From Orbicella franksi (lineage: Eukaryota), in the NCBI GenBank assembly GCA_964199315.1, contig OZ116699.1, positions 33,542,001-33,606,000 of the forward strand: a stretch of DNA of 64,000 nucleotides. The letters are read 5' to 3'. The notes beneath the pieces were generated by a model, which saw only the letters and a program-made list of their open reading frames with translations, did not search any database and was not told the origin of the DNA. Every line of letters starts with the position of its first letter. Position 1 is the first letter of the stretch. Shown here piece after piece: positions 59,391-64,000 of the stretch. Position numbers and translations under genes: made by a program.

Positions 59391-62012
59391 CTACTCTGCA
59401 ACTAATCTGACTTTGTTCCAGGAATTTCTGATTATCTGTTCGACTTGAGGTGCTTCAGGATGACGCAGCACATGAGGATGGAATGCACCTGGGTTAGGAG
59501 ACTCCCCTTCCTTCTGGGCACCACTAGCATCATGGTCGTCAACATACATCTCCAGCTCTGTGGCTGTACAGCAGCACAAGCATTTGCGAGTTGTCTTCAA
59601 TTCCAGATCTTTGAAGAACCTATAATCCATGTACTCCGTTCGAACTGACAAGACATTTGAGAAAAACAAATTACCATCACTTTCTACCATCTCGAGGTCA
59701 AATTAACTTTTCATTATCTTCTTGCTAAATTGTTTGGACTCTACACTCTTGAAATACACTATTCGCCACTAGAATTTCCAAGACTTGATATAAGCTCATC
59801 CAACATAAATTTTGTGTTGATTTGGAGGGCTCTTTTTGACAGGCTTTTTCTATTAAGTGCCTTGACTAGGCCAGGGTATGTCTTTTTAAGCATTTCTTAA
59901 AAGTCTCGAGAACATTTAGGTAAATCTGGATCTATTTTTCTGATGGGTTAATTTGTTCCGAGTTATTAAAACTGAGAAACTTAGCTTTTATCAACCTGAA
60001 GTTGATAAGGGCAAATAAACTGCCACAGGAAATTTGAAAAGCTGATGATTTGAGTATTAGCCTTTTATCACAGCAAAGCTGGGGATGGTAGGTTGTGTAC
60101 ATGTTCATATAAAGCATTAGGGAGTTACACCTAAGTTGTAAAGTTCACCGCAGTGAAATACAGCTAGATTTAATAATAATGAAGTGTTATCATTTGTCTC
60201 ACATTGGGATGACTTGACATGTACATCACAATGTTTCAATTGCATACTGCTAGCCTCCATCACCTGATGAAGACTAACAACTGTTATGCAGTCCAAACAC
60301 TGCGGTTTACACCATGCAGGTGACCACATTGTGAGACAGACATTTATTATTAATAATACTTTATTCAGTGTTATTACTGGGGATTACAATTGGTATTTAG
60401 CAATATAAATTTCAAGAATGAATGAACTAAATGAGAAACATTCACTAATCCCATTTGAGGGTCAATGTGGATTAGAGGAACCTATGTTCAAAATATATTT
60501 TCAAACCAAAACTTGTCTTGTGATGTTAGTGGGAAACATATTATAAAGGGCACCTGTTACAGACTTAAAGCACTTTCAAATGGGAGAAGTACTTAAGCAG
60601 GGAGGGGGTTGTGTTTTATTGGAAGGAGAGTGCTAATCAATGGTAGCAATGTTAGTGCTGTGTGAATAAAGAAGAATTTGTTGATACAGAAATATGACAG
60701 TTCTAAAAATTTACCCTCCATCCACAATCCACAGGGTGGTTCTCGCTTGTAAAACACGCCTTGCCCTGTCACACGCCAGTAGGTCTTAGCTAAGCAGCAT
60801 GGGCAGAAGTATGCCACGCAGCATTCTCCGCAGTCTTCTTTGTAAGCAATGCCAGGAGCAGGCGTCATTCCAGACCACTTGGCGGCACTGAGTTCAGCTT
60901 CTCTCTTTTTCTTCTTTAACAATCCAATTAGCTCTGTCAGATAAATTCTGTCTCCAAGACATGTTATCCCGAGTTCATGAAGGTGACCCTGAACATAAAA
61001 ATTAATACGTATTTAATTACGTCCCTTCATGACAGTGCATGTACTTTCCCATAACTAACTCGGTGAGCTTCATTCCATCAAAACTACAATGCTTCAGTCT
61101 AAGTTACTGTTTGACAATGTCAACTAGTAAGTTTACTTATCACACAAATCATGTAGAGCTACCAAACAATTTCCCACATTAAACTACACTTTCCTATGTT
61201 GCACAGAGAGAGGAAAAGGTTGTTTCATTGAGACTGGTATAGACAAACAATAATGGCACATGCTTTATTAACTAGCATAGTGTAGCTAATTAAAATACAC
61301 TGTCTTATTGTGTTACTTCACCAAGCTTTAAATTTTACGATTTATTATTATGTCTGTCACTCACGCTAGGCTTTGACATTGCTGATTTTAGCAGTAAGGT
61401 AGCACTTACTGTATTAAAATTATGTTGGTACCCATGATATTATAAAATCCAGTAAAATGACCCAGCTACATGTAGCTTTCCAGGAATTTTCTGTAGCACA
61501 GTGAAAAGAGCACCTGACTTGTAAGTGGAAGGTCATAGGTAAGAACCCCATTAGGGTTCTGTTTCTTTTTAAATTGTCCCATGCTTGAAAAATAGATGAT
61601 TGATATCATGTCAACTCTTGTCAACAAATGCTCGTATAGTGCCAGTGGAATTCTCTGGTGGCAGCCTTGTATGCAGACACATACGTTGAAGAATTATATC
61701 GTATCAACTGTTGTCAAAGAATTGTTTGTATAGGTGGCAGTGGAATTTATTGGTGGGGGCCTTGTAAGCAGACACATATGTTGAAGATTGATGACAATTA
61801 TTTTAAACTAGTCAAACATTATCTATTGAAAACAAACAGTGAACAGTTCGGTCAGTTGTTAGTTTTGAGTTGCTTTAGGTATATTTGTCAACTCACCTCG
61901 TTCAAAAGCATGAGGCATTTACCATTGATCTTGTTCGCATAAAACTGTTCTGCCATATAACCCAATCCAGCACGCTCAAGAAACTGTTGGTTAACCTCCT
62001 GTACCGACCAGC
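59391..62012 (-). CDS. SAM-domain protein with Cys-rich clusters and an unassigned C-terminal domain (exons 62012-61897, 60988-60715, 59644-59391; 5' exon(s) unresolved)
   Basis: WSVQEVNQQFLERAGLGYMAEQFYANKINGKCLMLLNE|GHLHELGITCLGDRIYLTELI fits the SAM consensus across a phase-0 intron. A phase-1 intron then joins PPCGLWME|VRTEYMDYRFFKDLE... to the stop. Confidence 0.8.
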
Positions 62013-62777
62013 CTGTTGACAACAAGGATAAATATGGCTTGTCAGACATATGTAAATCAACTGTTTTATCAGCTATTTTAAAAGAGTCAGTCTTATGACA
62101 TAAGAGTTGTTTGGACCATATACATGCATGCCTGACTGTGCAAGTGACAGTCAAATGTCTGCACTTAAGATCAAAGTGACCTATGCTGATAGAACCTATG
62201 GTTTCCATAGACTGGTGGGCAGGAGTTAACCTCCCCCTGTCATAGCCGCGAGCTATTATGTCAAGAACAGGATGCAATGTAGGTTGGTTAGTTATTTTAA
62301 TACCTTAAGCAACATGGCTGGAACTACATACAAAAGATCGCAAGGCACAATGGTTCACCTGGTGCTCACTTGACTGAAAGTGCATTTGAAGTACATATCA
62401 TCACCCCCCTCCCCCCTCCCCCCCCCCCCCACTTTCCGATAATTTGTTGTGGACCAAGTGCTTTGTTACTACTGTAGTTTGACAAATTCTACATTGTGAG
62501 AGCAACAAACTGTTTTACCTATAAACTCAACATAATGTCCTTTCCCAGCACTTGAACCCAGACTGTTCAATATGAACCCCAAACAACTAATCCTTATGCC
62601 ACCTGATCATGACCACCACACTAAGCAAGCACATTTATGCTCTTTATGTACTTCATGTCTTAAGGTCTGACACAAAATGAAAATTGTACAGATGAGGTAT
62701 TTCTATAGGCGAATCTTTGTTTACACTTCTTGCCTTATTAACATATGCTTATCGCTATCTGATGACGCTAATAAAAG

Positions 62778-62811
<34 letters not shown>

Positions 62812-63079
62812 CAATTATCTCTGAAAATTTGAGCCCAATACACCGAATGGTTTCGGAGAAATTCTCTTCTAAAAACTCAAATTTTACAGAGAAATGTATG
62901 GCTCATTAACTTTTTTGCCACACAGCAATTTTGCAATTTTTGATAGCTGATATTTTCTTCAATATTGCTTGCAAAGAGCTGAAAATTGCACAACTTGCTC
63001 AACTTAATCAACTTTTTCAACTTTTGCATTTAGTTCATATATACAGCCATGGCTTCTATGGGTCAAATCGTATGCTAAG

Positions 63080-63111
<32 letters not shown>

Positions 63112-64000
63112 ATTCACCTATAAAGCTACCACCATTAATACAGCTTGGAATTATATTAGAGGGAGCATAACCAATTTCTTTGCTGTGCTACATTTGGCAT
63201 AAGGGCAGTTACATGTAAGTATGTACCAATATCTTCAACATACAACACGGATCAGGTTGTTTGGTTATTTCTTTAAATTTAAATTCCACAATTTTGTAAT
63301 GTTGCAGTGTTTCTAGGCAACTGTTGCTCCTCGTGCTGGAATAAGAGAACCCTGAATTTCCAACGTCTCCTTTTCCCTAAGACATTTGTAAAAATGGACT
63401 TATTGGTGTCCCTTCTTTATAGTTAAATCTCTTCTTACTGACACTTTAGTAACTGATACCTCCATATTATGGACAGTTCAATAGTTATGCCTTCCACCTC
63501 TGTGGAAATAGGGTTAACTTCAATCTGTAATGGAGATACTCAGATCTACTCCTTTGATAGGGCAGGAATATTTTGCAGGTTGCAGGTTGAAAAATCGACT
63601 TTTAAGTCCGACTGAGTCTACATATTAGCACTTTGGTTAGCCTGAATAGCACTTCGGTTAGCCTAAATTAGCTTAGGTTGCATACCTGCCAACCCTCAGA
63701 GTGCAAAAACCTGGAGGCCTTCTTCAGTTCGACTGATGTAAACAGCGTGCAAAAACTACGCCAATGTTGTACCATGTATTGCACAATTTGATTGGTTGAT
63801 TTCTGACCAATTACGATACTCATTAAATATATATCAATTTGATTGCTCTGTTTCACGTTTTCCGATCGAGAGCAGCTCAAATAAGAGCAACAAATTCCCT
63901 TCTTGTTTTATTTTCCTTTTTGAAATCTCGAAAATAACGAAATTAATGAAAAAAAAAATTAAAAAGAGCCACAGTGAGTAGCTCCTGGGAGATTTGGTGC

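Noticed and set aside
61888-62277. Single-exon 129-aa reading of the SAM ORF starting at 62277
   Set aside because: The part upstream of ~62013 is preceded by a good acceptor and is probably intronic; the true start was not resolved.

Overview
Eukaryotic, AT-rich, intron-containing animal genomic DNA. The repeat and domain content suggests a cnidarian, probably a stony coral (inference, not proven). About 57 kb of the window is a tandem cluster of nine highly divergent three-finger (Ly6/uPAR, LU-domain) genes that I reconstructed by hand across GT-AG introns, plus a decayed tenth signal-peptide exon at the left edge. Most have a signal-peptide exon, a phase-1 intron, an LU domain with 12 rather than 10 cysteines, and a C-terminal GPI-type hydrophobic tail. 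One member (54650-51192, minus strand) is an exon-shuffled chimera: signal peptide, two 186-nt fibronectin type II exons, LU domain, hydrophobic segment and a basic tail. I do not recognise this FN2-FN2-LU architecture from any described protein, and it is the top candidate for a new system. Also present: a full-length DIRS1-like tyrosine-recombinase retrotransposon with open ORFs, a 5'-truncated RTE LINE, a head-to-head Penelope hairpin with hammerhead-like motifs, several MITEs and tRNA-derived SINEs, and at the right end a spliced SAM-domain gene of unknown function. All gene models are manual predictions without RNA or database support.
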